The notes under the pieces were generated by a model. The model was not told where the DNA came from, made no database searches, and was given only the letters and a program-made list of their open reading frames with translations. Position numbers and translations under genes: made by a program. Below, piece after piece: positions 23,801 to 35,558 of a DNA stretch of 64,000 nucleotides; position 1 is the first letter of the stretch; each line of letters begins with the position of its first letter. This DNA is from Balanoglossus misakiensis (lineage: Eukaryota > Animalia > Hemichordata): contig CM082577.2 of assembly GCA_040954595.2 (NCBI GenBank), positions 20,558,303 through 20,622,302 of the forward strand. The letters are read 5' to 3'.

Positions 23801-26800
23801 CTGCGTTGGGCGTAGTTAGTACTTGGATGGGAGACCGCCTGGGAATACTACATGCTGTAGGCTTCATTTTTTTCCAACTTTTCCATTAAAGAGTTGCCTG
23901 ATGGATAATATTTTCGTCGCAAGTGTCCGTTTCTTTCTTTTCTGAAAGTGCCTGAATTCTAAAACCACTTTTTGCAGAACAAAACAAACCATATTTTTTT
24001 ATCCCACTTGCCTTATAAGCTATGGAAGGTCGATCGGTTACCCACAAAAATTAGCCAAGTCGGGCTATGTGTTCAATGGTGTAGGATTCAGGTTTATAGT
24101 AGGAGAAATTCAACCATCTTTCGCCTACGGCCATACCACGTAGAATAAGCCGGTTCTCCTCTGATCACCGAAGCAAACCTGCGTTGGGCGTAGTTAGTAC
24201 TTGGATGGGAGACCGCCTGGGAATACTACGTGCTGTAGGCTTCATTTTTTTTCCAACTTTTCCATGAAAGAGTAGCCTGATGGATAACATTTTTGTCGCA
24301 AGTGTCCGTTTCTTCCTTTTCTGAAAGTGCCTGAATTCTAAAAACACTTTTTGCAGAACAAAACAAACCATATTTTTTTATCCCACTTGCCTTATAAGCT
24401 ATGGAAGGTCGATAGGTTACCCACAAAATTAACCAAGTCGGGCTATGTGTTCAATGGTGTAGGATTCAGGTTTATAGTAGGAGAAATTCAACCATCTTTC
24501 GCCTACGGCCATACCACGTAGAATAAGCCGGTTCTCGTCTGATCACCGAAGCAAACCTGCGTTGGGCGTAGTTAGTACTTGGATGGGAGACCGCCTGGGA
24601 ATACTACGTGCTGTAGGCTTCATTTTTTCCCCAAACTTTTCCATTAAAGAGTAGCCTGATGGATAATATTTTCGTCGCAAGTGTCCGTTTCTTTCTTGTC
24701 TGAAAGTGCCTGAATTCTAAAACCACTTTTTGCAGAACAAAACAAACCATATTTTTAATCCCACTTGCTTTATAAGCTATGGAAGGTCGATCGGTTACCC
24801 ACAAAAATTAGCCAAGTCGGGCTATGTGTTCAATGGTGTAGGATTCAGGTTTATAGGAGAAATTCAACCATCATTCGCCTACGGTCATACCACGTAGAAT
24901 AAGCCGGTTCTCGTCTGATCACCGAAGCAAACCTGCGTTGGGCGTAGTTAGTACTTGGATGGGAGACCGCCTGGGAATACTACATGCTGTAGGCTTCATT
25001 TTTTTTCCAACTTTTCCATTAAAGAGTTGCCTGATGGATAATATTTTCGTCACAAGTGTCCGTTTCTTTCTTTTCTGAAAGTGCCTGAATTCTAAAACCA
25101 CTTTTTGCAGAACAAAACAAACCATATTTTTTTATCCCACTTGCCTTATAAGCTATGGAAGGTCGATCGGTTACCCACAAAAATTAGCCAAGTCGGGCTA
25201 TGTGTTCAATGGTGTAGGATTCAGGTTTATAGTAGGAGAAATTCAACCATCTTTCGCCTACGGCCATACCACGTAGAATAAGCCGGTTCTCCTCTGATCA
25301 CCGAAGCAAACCTGCGTTGGGCGTAGTTAGTACTTGGATGGGAGACCGCCTGGGAATACTACGTGCTGTAGGCTTCATTTTTTTTCCAACTTTTCCATGA
25401 AAGAGTAGCCTGATGGATAACATTTTTGTCGCAAGTGTCCGTTTCTTCCTTTTCTGAAAGTGCCTGAATTCTAAAAACACTTTTTGCAGAACAAAACAAA
25501 CCATATTTTTTTATCCCACTTGCCTTATAAGCTATGGAAGGTCGATAGGTTACCCACAAAAATTAACCAAGTCGGGCTATGTGTTCAATGGTGTAGGATT
25601 CAGGTTTATAGTAGGAGAAATTCAACCATCTTTCGCCTACGGCCATACCACGTAGAATAAGCCGGTTCTCGTCTGATCACCGAAGCAAACCTGCGTTGGG
25701 CGTAGTTAGTACTTGGATGGGAGACCGCCTGGGAATACTACGTGCTGTAGGCTTCATTTTTTTCCCAAACTTTTCCATTAAAGAGTAGCCTGATGGATAA
25801 CATTTTTGTCGCAAGTGTCCGTTTCTTTCTTGTCTGAAAGTGCCTGAATTCTAAAACCACTTTTTGCAGAACAAAACAAACCATATTTTTAATCCCACTT
25901 GCTTTATAAGCTATGGAAGGTCGATCGGTTACCCACAAAAATTAGCCAAGTCGGGCTATGTGTTCAATGGTGTAGGATTCAGGTTTATAGTAGGAGAAAT
26001 TCAACCATCTTTCGCCTACGGCCATACCACGTAGAATAAGCCGGTTCTCGTCTGATCACCGAAGCAAACCTGCGTTGGGCGTAGTTAGTACTTGGATGGG
26101 AGACCGCCTGGGAATACTACATGCTGTAGGCTTCATTTTTTTCCAACTTTTCCATTAAAGAGTAGCCTGATGGATAATATTTTCGTCGCAAGTGTCCGTT
26201 TCTTTCTTGTCTGAAAGTGCCTGAATTCTAAAACCACTTTTTGCAGAACAAAACAAACCATATTTTTTATCCCACTTGCTTTATAAGCTATGGAAGGTCG
26301 ATCGGTTACCCACAAAAATTAGCCAAGTCGGACTATGTGTTCAATGGTGTAGGATTCAGGTTTATAGTAGGAGAAATTCAACCATCATTCGCCTACGGTC
26401 ATACCACGTAGAATAAGCCGGTTCTCGTCTGATCACCGAAGCAAACCTGCGTTGGGCGTAGTTAGTACTTGGATGGGAGACCGCCTGGGAATACTACGTG
26501 CTGTAGGCTTCATTTTTTTCCAACTTTTCCATTAAAGAGTAGCCTGATGGATAATATTTTCGTCGCAAGTGTCCGTTTCTTTCTTTTCTGAAAGTGCCTG
26601 AATTCTAAAACCACTTTTTGCAGAACAAAACAAACCATATTTTTTATCCCACTTGCTTTATAAGCTATGGAAGGTCGATCGGTTACCCACAAAATTAGCC
26701 AAGTCGGGCTATGTGTTCAATGGTGTAGGATTCAGGTTTATAGTAGGAGAAATTCAACCATCTTTCGCCTACGGCCATACCACGTAGAATAAGCCGGTTC

Positions 26801-28947
26801 TCGTCTGATCACCGAAGCAAACCTGCGTTGGGCGTAGTTAGTACTTGGATGGGAGACCGCCTGGGAATACTACGTGCTGTAGGCTTCATTTTTTTCCCAA
26901 CTTTTCCATTAAAGAGTAGCCTGATGGATAACATTTTTGTCGCAAGTGTCCGTTTCTTCCTTTTCTGAAAGTGCCTGAATTCTAAAACCACTTTTTGCAG
27001 AACAAAGCAACCATATTTTTTGATCCCACTTGCCTTATAAGCTATGGAAGGTCGATCGGTTACCCACAAAATTTGCCAAGTCGGGCTATGTGTTCAATGG
27101 TGTAGGATTCAGGTTTATAGTAGGAGAAATTCAACCATCTTTCGCCTACGGCCATACCACGTAGAATAAGCCGGTTCTCGTCTGATCACCGAAGCAAACC
27201 TGCGTTGGGCGTAGTTAGTACTTGGATGGGAGACCGCCTGGGAATACTACGTGCTGTAGGCTTCATTTTTTCCCCAACTTTTCCATTAAAGAGTAGCCTG
27301 ATGGATAACATTTTTGTCGCAAGTGTCCGTTTCTTCCTTTTCTGAAAGTGCCTGAATTCTAAAACCACTTTTTGCAGAACAAAGCAACCATATTTTTTGA
27401 TCCCACTTGCCTTATAAGCAATGGAAGGTCGATCGGTTACCCACAAAATTAGCCAAGTCGGGCTATGTGTTCAATGGTGTAGGATTCAGGTTTATAGTAG
27501 GAGAAATTCAACCATCTTTCGCCTACGGCCATACCACGTAGAATAAGCCGGTTCTCGTCTGATCACCGAAGCAAACCTGCGTTGGGCGTAGTTAGTACTT
27601 GGATGGGAGACCGCCTGGGAATACTACGTGCTGTAGGCTTCATTTTTTTTTCCAACTTTTCCATTAAAGAGTAGCCTGATGGATAACATTTTTGTCGCAA
27701 GTGTCCGTTTCTTCCTTTTCTGAAAGTGCCTGAATTCTAAAAACACTTTTTGCAGAACAAAACAAACCATATTTTTTTATCCCACTTGCCTTATAAGCTA
27801 TGGAAGGTCGATCGGTTACCCACAAAATTAACCAAGTCGGGCTATGTGTTCAATGGTGTAGGATTCAGGTTTATAGTAGGAGAAATTCAACCATCATTCG
27901 CCTACGGCCATACCACATAGAATAAGCCGGTTCTCGTCTGATCACCGAAGCAAACCTGCGTTGGGCGTAGTTAGTACTTGGATGGGAGACCGCCTGGGAA
28001 TACTACGTGCTGTAGGCTTCATTTTTTTCCCAAACTTTTCCATTAAAGAGTAGCCTGATGGATAACATTTTTGTCGCAAGTGTCCGTTTCTTTCTTGTCT
28101 GAAAGTGCCTGAATTCTAAAACCACTTTTTGCAGAACAAAACAAACCATATTTTTAATCCCACTTGCTTTATAAGCTATGGAAGGTCGATCGGTTACCCA
28201 CAAAAATAAGCCAAGTCGGGCTATGTGTTCAATGGTGTAGGATTCAGGTTTATAGTAGGAGAAATTCAACCATCATTCGCCTACGGTCATACCACGTAGA
28301 ATAAGCCGGTTCTCGTCTGATCACCGAAGCAAACCTGCGTTGGGCGTAGTTAGTACTTGGATGGGAGACCGCCTGGGAATACTACGTGCTGTAGGCTTCA
28401 TTTTTTTTCCAACTTTTCCATTAAAGAGTAGCCTGATGGATAACATTTTTGTCGCAAGTGTCCGTTTCTTCCTTTTCTGAAAGTGCCTGAATTCTAAAAA
28501 CACTTTTTGCAGAACAAAACAAACCATATTTTTTTTATCCCACTTGCCTTATAAGCTATGGAAGGTCGATCGGTTACCCACAACATTAACCAAGTCGGGC
28601 TATGTGTTCAATGGAGTAGGATTCAGGTTTATAGTAGGAGAAATTCAACCATCTTTCGCCTACGGCCATACCACGTAGAATAAGCCGGTTCTCGTCTGAT
28701 CACCGAAGCAAACCTGCGTTGGGCGTAGTTAGTACTTGGATGGGAGACCGCCTGGGAATACTACGTGCTGTAGGCTTCATTTTTTTTTCCAATTTTTCCA
28801 TTAAAGAGTAGCCTGATGGATAATATTTTTGTCGCAAGTGTCCGTTTCTTCCTCTTTCTGCAAGTGTCTAAATTTTAAAACCACTTTTTGCAAAACAAAA
28901 CAAACCATATTTTTTATCCCACTACCCTTATAAGCTATGGTACATGA

Positions 28948-31258
28948 ACGCCCAACGCAGGTTTGCTTCGGTGATCAGACGAGAACCGGCTTATTCTACG
29001 TGGTATGGCCGTAGGCGAAAGATGGTTGAATTTCTCCTACTATAAACCTGAATCCTACACCATTGAACACATAGCCCGACTTGGCTAATTTTGTGGGTAA
29101 CCGATCGACCTTCCATAGCTTATAAGGCAAGCGGGATACAAAAATATGGTTTGTTTTGTTCTGCAAAAAGTGTTTTTAGAATTCAGGCACTTTCAGAAAA
29201 GGAAGAAACGGACACTTGCGACAAAAATGTTATCCATCAGGCTACTCTTTAATGGAAAAGTTGGAAAAAAATGAAGCCTACAGCACGTAGTATTCCCAGG
29301 CGGTCTCCCATCCAAGTACTAACTACGCCCAACGCAGGTTTGCTTCGGTGATCAGACGAGAACCGGCTTATTCTACGTGGTATGGCCGTAGGCGAAAGAT
29401 GGTTGAATTTCTCCTACTATAAACCTGAATCCTACACCATTGAACACATAGCCCGACTTGGCTAATTTTGTGGGTAACCGATCGACCTTCCATAGCTTAT
29501 AAGGCAAGTGGGATAAAAAAATATGGTTTGTTTTGTTCTGCAAAAAGTGTTTTTAGAATTCAGGCACTTTCAGAAAAGGAAGAAACGGACACTTGCGACA
29601 AAAATGTTATCCATCAGGCTACTCTTTAATGGAAAAGTTGGAAAAAAAAATGAAGGCTACAGCACGTAGTATTCCCAGGCGGTCTCCCATCCAAGTACTA
29701 ACTACGCCCAACGCAGGTTTGCTTCGGTGATCAGACGAGAACCGGCTTATTCTACGTGGTATGGCCGTAGGCGAAAGATGGTTGAATTTCTCCTACTATA
29801 AACCTGAATCCTACACCATTGAACACATAGCCCGACTTGGCAAATTTTGTGGGTAACCGATCGACCTTCCATAGCTTATAAGGCAAGTGGGATAAAAAAA
29901 ATATGGTTTGTTTTGTTCTGCAAAAAGTGTTTTTAGAATTCAGGCACTTTCAGAAAAGGAAGAAACGGACACTTGCGACAAAAATGTTATCCATCAGGCT
30001 ACTCTTTAATGGAAAAGTTGGAAAAAAAATGAAGCCTACAGCACGTAGTATTCCCAGGCGGTCTCCCATCCAAGTACTAACTACGCCCAACGCAGGTTTG
30101 CTTCGGTGATCAGACGAGAACCGGCTTATTCTACGTGGTATGGCCGTAGGCGAAAGATGGTTGAATTTCTACTACTATAAACCTGAATCCTACACCATTG
30201 AACACATAGCCCGACTTGGCTAATTTTGTGGGTAACCGATCGACCTTCCATAGCTTATAAGGCAAGTGAGATAAAAAAAATATGGTTTGTTTTGTTCTGC
30301 AAAAAGTGTTTTTAGAATTCAGGCACTTTCAGAAAAGGAAGAAACGGACACTTGCGACAAAAATGTTATCCATCAGGCTACTCTTTAATGGAAAAGTTGG
30401 AAAAAAATGAAGCCTACAGCACGTAGTATTCCCAGGCGGTCTCCCATCCAAGTACTAACTACGCCCAACGCAGGTTTGCTTCGGTGATCAGACGAGAACC
30501 GGCTTATTCTACGTGGTATGGCCGTAGGCTAAAGATGGTTGAATTTCTCCTACTATAAACCTGAATCCTACACCATTGAACACATAGCCCGACTTGGCAA
30601 ATTTTGTGGGTAACCGATCGACCTTCCATAGCTTATAAGGCAAGTGGGATAAAAAAAAATGGTTTGTTTTGTTCTGCAAAAAGTGTTTTTAGAATTCAGG
30701 CACTTTCAGAAAAGGAAGAAACGGACACTTGCGACAAAAATGTTATCCATCAGGCTACTCTTTAATGGAAAAGTTGGAAAAAAAATGAAGCCTACAGCAC
30801 GTAGTATTCCCAGGCGGTCTCCCATCCAAGTACTAACTACGCCCAACGCAGGTTTGCTTCGGTGATCAGACGAGAACCGGCTTATTCTACGTGGTATGGC
30901 CGTAGGCGAAAGATGGTTGAATTTCTCCTACTATAAACCTGAATCCTACACCATTGAACACATAGCCCGACTTGGCAAATTTTGTGGGTAACCGATCGAC
31001 CTTCCATAGCTTATAAGGCAAGTGGGATAAAAAAAATGGTTTGTTTTGTTCTGCAAAAAGTGTTTTTAGAATTCAGGCACTTTCAGAAAAGGAAGAAACG
31101 GACACTTGCGACAAAAATGTTATCCATCAGGCTACTCTTTAATGGAAAAGTTGGAAAAAAAATGAAGCCTACAGCACGTAGTATTCCCAGGCGGTCTCCC
31201 ATCCAAGTACTAACTACGCCCAACGCAGGTTTGCTTCGGTGATCAGACGAGAACCGGC
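28948..31258 (-). rRNA. 5S rRNA: 5S rDNA array, inverted orientation, about 6 units
   Basis: Reverse complement of the same unit. Leftmost copy is truncated (nt 1-69, 28948-29016); rightmost copy is nt 27-120. Confidence 0.96.
29274..29393 (-). rRNA. 5S rRNA: 5S rRNA gene (representative minus-strand copy)
   Basis: Complete 120-nt match to the array consensus. Confidence 0.96.
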
Positions 31259-31644
31259 TTTTTTTTTTTATCTTTTATTAAAAAGGACAGGCCCACTGGC
31301 TTGCCCTGTTAAAAATAGATTGTACATTACAAGTAGCTTGTAATTACAGTGAAAGATTATTGTCATAAATTCTACTACTATTGCAAATCATTACAATATT
31401 GATGAAAAATCATACACTGGAATGAATGCATGATGTGTAATCACATCATTCAATATAAACAATCTTTAAATTCACAATATTGCATTACAGCATTCCATCA
31501 TTTATGTAAGTCCTACTCCAATCTGTCATAGAATTGTGACATATACAAATTCATTACAGGAACAATTACCAGTAAAAAAGATGGTATGTAACACCAGAGG
31601 GCGCCAGGTTCAACTGAAGGTGACAACATAGACAAAAAGACTGT

Positions 31645-34600
31645 TCAAAAATTGAAGGTAAAGTCAAAATCTTTTACCGTTACAAGTACATTGTTTTGTG
31701 CAAAGATGCTTTCAAATAGAGCAACATCATCACTTGCTTTGCACCTGTTATATTCAAAAGTGATTTTCTGTTTTAATTTGTACTTAAAGAACTTGATCAA
31801 GTCGATTTTCCGAGTGCAACGCTTGTACGCTAATCTTCTACTATGAATTGTATAACGTGAAAGTGTCAATAAAATATTGATCAGCGTGTACTCGTACTTG
31901 TCATCCTTGATAGTATAACCAAATAACATCATTAGAATTCTCTCTGTTGGGTTAAACTTATTTACATTACTGGCACTGTAGATATACTCAAAAACAAGTT
32001 GCCACAAGGATTGAATTGTCTGGCAGCACACAAACAAATGGTACACGTCTTCGGGAAAAAATGTGCAGAAGTCACAAGTCGGACTGAGGATTTTGCCTGC
32101 TTTGTAAAGACGAAGATTACTAAAAACAGCGTTGTGACAAATGAGATAATCAAGATCACCCAGGTAATTATCCTTGAAATTTGTGTAAACGATTGGCCAA
32201 ACCTTACTAAAATCAAAGTTTGGCAGGTGGAAAAGCCAATACTGAACACCCGTGGGCACTGTTTTTCTCAGATGCCGAGCTATTGTAGTAATGTGTCTAA
32301 CCTTAAGAGAATGGAAAGGAACACGTTGATCATGAGCATTAACAATAAAGATAGACGAGTTTTTGTCCACTTTGTTATAATCTTTGTAATTACTCTGCAG
32401 AATATCATGCCACTTTTGAGGAATTGAATTGAGGATAATCTGGTACTGCTTCTCAACAGTATTGCTTGTGGGAGTGTCAGGATGGGCCAATGAAACCATG
32501 TCACCAATTGCATCAACAGGTAGGAACCCAGGAATGACCTCGTATAACAAATCCCTGATTTTGACAATGCCAGCTGAACTGATAAGCTTTACAATCGCCA
32601 GGGGGCGCCCTTCAACACTTGTAATGAATGGGTTATGAAAAATGGGTTCATTGATAATTTCATCGTAGGAAACTGGTTGTGCACGAAAATACTTGAAAAG
32701 ATGTGACCAAGACTGAAACAATTCCTTGTAGAATGTAGAACACTGACGTAAGTTGGTAGGATAAAGTAACATTTTAAAAGTGTCAACACCACAATTGAGA
32801 TCGAGATACTTATTTAAGTTGTAGGTGAAAAACAGCTTGAATTTGTGAACATAATCTTTATCCAGCATTTTACACAACCACTTGAGACGAAGTGCATGCA
32901 CTTTGTCTTGAATATTTGTGACTTTAAGACCCCCATCTTGAATGTCGGAAGTGATGACATCATATTTCACCCTGTGATGACCTTTGCTCCAGAAGAAATT
33001 ACAGATGTGCTCATTCAAAATTTGTATGTGTTGCTGAGGCAAAGAAACAACAGATGCCCGGTACCACAGAGTAGACGTAACAAGGGAGTTGATAATAAGG
33101 GTTTTCCCTTTGTAGGACAATTTACGAAATGACCAAGATTTCAGAATTCTGCAAATTTTAGGAATACGCTGAGCCCAATTGAAATCATCAGCAACTGATT
33201 TGTCATGACTCAACATGACACCAAGAATGACCATGCCATCCGGTTGAAGCTTAACAGGTAAGGGGCAGTCAGTACGCCCTCTTTTGTTTCCTATCCACAT
33301 CAAAGCACTTTTGTTCAGATTAACCTTTGACCCAGAAGCTTTACCATAATCACAAAATACCTGATACGCTTCGCGGATAGAATGGTCATCGCTAACGGTA
33401 AGTGTGGTATCATCAGCATGTTGATAAACTAAGGAATATACAGTACTGCCAGGAATTTGAATACCATGTATGTTGTGGTTATGCTGAATAGCGGCATTTA
33501 GAGGCTCAGCTGACAGCACGTACAACATTGCTGACAGCGGGCACCCTTGTCTGACACTTCGTTTAATTAACACCGAGTCAGACAAAAACCCGTTAATTTT
33601 TACATTACTCATAATCTGGTTGTACATAATGGAAATCCATTTAACAAAGTTGTCACCGAACCTGAACGCCCTTAGTGTGTTAAGCAAATAATTGTGATCA
33701 ACGCGATCAAAGGCTTTCATCTGATCAAATTTCACAATGGCACCTGGACAGTTACTGGAATCAACATGATGAATAAGATCTCTCATACAGAAAACATTGT
33801 CCACAATGTCACGACCTGGGACACAGCAAGTTTGATCCGGGCTGACTATAGAGGGCATGATTTTACTAAGTCTAAGGGCAAGTGTTTTAGTAAGGATTTT
33901 GTAATCACAGTTGAGGAGGGTGATAGGACGCCAGTTTTTAATGTAACGGGGGTCACAGTCAGCTTTTGGAATGAGTGTAATGAGGCCAGTTTTCATTGAC
34001 TCGGGGAGATAGTTATTTCCAAAAATACAATTAAAAATATCTAACATATCATCTTTTAGGACATCCCAGAAATGTTTATAGAATTCATACGGAATGCCAT
34101 CTGAACCAGGGCTTTTGTTATTGATACAAGTGAAAAGGGCATGTTGAATTTCTTGAATTGAAAAATTAGAATCGATTGCAGTCCGGTCATCTTCAGAAAT
34201 GGTGTTAAGTGGATAGTTGAGAAACTTATTTTGTTGCTGGAGATCACAAGGTTCATCAGAATACAATTTGGTGTAAAAGGTGTGAGCTTCTTGAAGAATA
34301 TCATTGATGTCAGTAAGAATTTCATTATTGTCATTCATAAGAGTATGAATGGCTTTTTTGTTCTGTTTAGATTTTTCAAGATTAAAGAAATACTTGGTGG
34401 ATTTTTCACCCTCTTCAACCCATTGAACTTTGGAACGGATGATGGCCCCCCTAGTTTCATACACAATAATTTTGTCAAGTTCATCTTGGATAATAGTAGC
34501 ATTTGTGAGATCATAATCCTGATATTTACATGCCTTAGCTAATTCCCATTTGAGTTTTCTTTGAAGAGTCTTACGAAGATGACGTCTTAATTTTGTTTGT

Positions 34601-35556
34601 TGTTTGGAGTACTTTTGTGAATAATTACGAATTTTATTTTTCAGAGACTCCCACCAAAGTATTTTATTTTGAACGTAGTTGGGATCAGATTTAGAATTTG
34701 TAATAACGGCCGAAATATTATTGACAAACACTTCATCTTTTAGGTGGTCTTTATTAAAAGACCAAATGCCTGGGCCACGGGGTGTTTTAGAAAAATCGAA
34801 ATGAATTTGGATGAGGTCATGATCACTGAGGGGAAAGTGGATAATGTTAGAACGTTGACAATAATGGACAATGTCCTCGTTTGCGAGACACAGATCAATA
34901 CGGCTTTGTTGAAGGACACCGTTAGTTTGACGCTGCCAGGTGCATACCCTGCTATGCGGATGTTGATTGCGCCAGATGTCAATTAGTGAATAGCGGCTAA
35001 TGAGGTCAACCAGGTGTTTACGTGATGGATCCACAGGATCAATGACAGTGGCAGACTGGTCTAAACGTGGATTGATTTTGGTGTTAAAGTCACCTATGAC
35101 AATATTGAACGAATTTTGGATCATGAAATTGGGAATTTTGTGCCAGAAACGAGCTCGAAGATAAGGTTTAGATGGTGCATAAATATTAATAATATTAATA
35201 TTCTGACCCGCAATTTCCACATTAAGGGTGATAATTCTGCCCTCATCATCGCTCTGATGGTCTATCACTGTAATGTCAGGCCGATTTCTAACTAGAAAAG
35301 CAACCCCTCTTCTTTTTACCGGATCACGGCAATTGTTACAATAAACAGAAAAACCAGGTGCAATTTTAGAACTAAAATAATGGGCAATATTGTCATCCCA
35401 AAAGGTTTCTTGAAGCGAAATGATGTCACTTCTGTTATCTTTACAAAATTCAACTGTAAGCTCAAAATTGCGTTCATTACTCAAACCATTTACATTTAAA
35501 GAGGACAAAATCAACATACCTAATGTAAAAAAGGAAAGGTAATTATAGAACTCCAT
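31645..35556 (-). CDS. Tx1 ORF2p: APE endonuclease, reverse transcriptase and CCHC finger, 1303 aa
   Basis: Motifs LQET, GDFN, SRID, SDH; KSPGSDG, NWRPITLLN, KAFDRV, QGCPLS, HADD; CDFC-x8-H-x4-C. Confidence 0.96.
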   Translation of the reverse strand: MEFYNYLSFFTLGMLILSSLNVNGLSNERNFELTVEFCKDNRSDIISLQETFWDDNIAHYFSSKIAPGFSVYCNNCRDPVKRRGVAFLVRNRPDITVIDHQSDDEGRIITLNVEIAGQNINIINIYAPSKPYLRARFWHKIPNFMIQNSFNIVIGDFNTKINPRLDQSATVIDPVDPSRKHLVDLISRYSLIDIWRNQHPHSRVCTWQRQTNGVLQQSRIDLCLANEDIVHYCQRSNIIHFPLSDHDLIQIHFDFSKTPRGPGIWSFNKDHLKDEVFVNNISAVITNSKSDPNYVQNKILWWESLKNKIRNYSQKYSKQQTKLRRHLRKTLQRKLKWELAKACKYQDYDLTNATIIQDELDKIIVYETRGAIIRSKVQWVEEGEKSTKYFFNLEKSKQNKKAIHTLMNDNNEILTDINDILQEAHTFYTKLYSDEPCDLQQQNKFLNYPLNTISEDDRTAIDSNFSIQEIQHALFTCINNKSPGSDGIPYEFYKHFWDVLKDDMLDIFNCIFGNNYLPESMKTGLITLIPKADCDPRYIKNWRPITLLNCDYKILTKTLALRLSKIMPSIVSPDQTCCVPGRDIVDNVFCMRDLIHHVDSSNCPGAIVKFDQMKAFDRVDHNYLLNTLRAFRFGDNFVKWISIMYNQIMSNVKINGFLSDSVLIKRSVRQGCPLSAMLYVLSAEPLNAAIQHNHNIHGIQIPGSTVYSLVYQHADDTTLTVSDDHSIREAYQVFCDYGKASGSKVNLNKSALMWIGNKRGRTDCPLPVKLQPDGMVILGVMLSHDKSVADDFNWAQRIPKICRILKSWSFRKLSYKGKTLIINSLVTSTLWYRASVVSLPQQHIQILNEHICNFFWSKGHHRVKYDVITSDIQDGGLKVTNIQDKVHALRLKWLCKMLDKDYVHKFKLFFTYNLNKYLDLNCGVDTFKMLLYPTNLRQCSTFYKELFQSWSHLFKYFRAQPVSYDEIINEPIFHNPFITSVEGRPLAIVKLISSAGIVKIRDLLYEVIPGFLPVDAIGDMVSLAHPDTPTSNTVEKQYQIILNSIPQKWHDILQSNYKDYNKVDKNSSIFIVNAHDQRVPFHSLKVRHITTIARHLRKTVPTGVQYWLFHLPNFDFSKVWPIVYTNFKDNYLGDLDYLICHNAVFSNLRLYKAGKILSPTCDFCTFFPEDVYHLFVCCQTIQSLWQLVFEYIYSASNVNKFNPTERILMMLFGYTIKDDKYEYTLINILLTLSRYTIHSRRLAYKRCTRKIDLIKFFKYKLKQKITFEYNRCKASDDVALFESIFAQNNVLVTVKDFDFTFNF

Positions 35557-35558
35557 TA

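Larger units (their letters stand above)
8377..28940 (+). rRNA. 5S rRNA: Tandem 5S rDNA array, about 54 units of ~377 bp
   Basis: Repeated gcctacggccataccacgtagaat...agtacttggatgggagaccgcctgggaatac...gctgtaggctt followed by a T-run. Canonical eukaryotic 5S helices can be formed. The first unit is only nt 27-120. Unit count is length/period. Confidence 0.97.

Noticed and set aside
8377-28940. CRISPR-like regular repeat
   Set aside because: Whole 377-bp units repeat, spacers are not unique, there are no cas genes, and the context is eukaryotic 5S rDNA.
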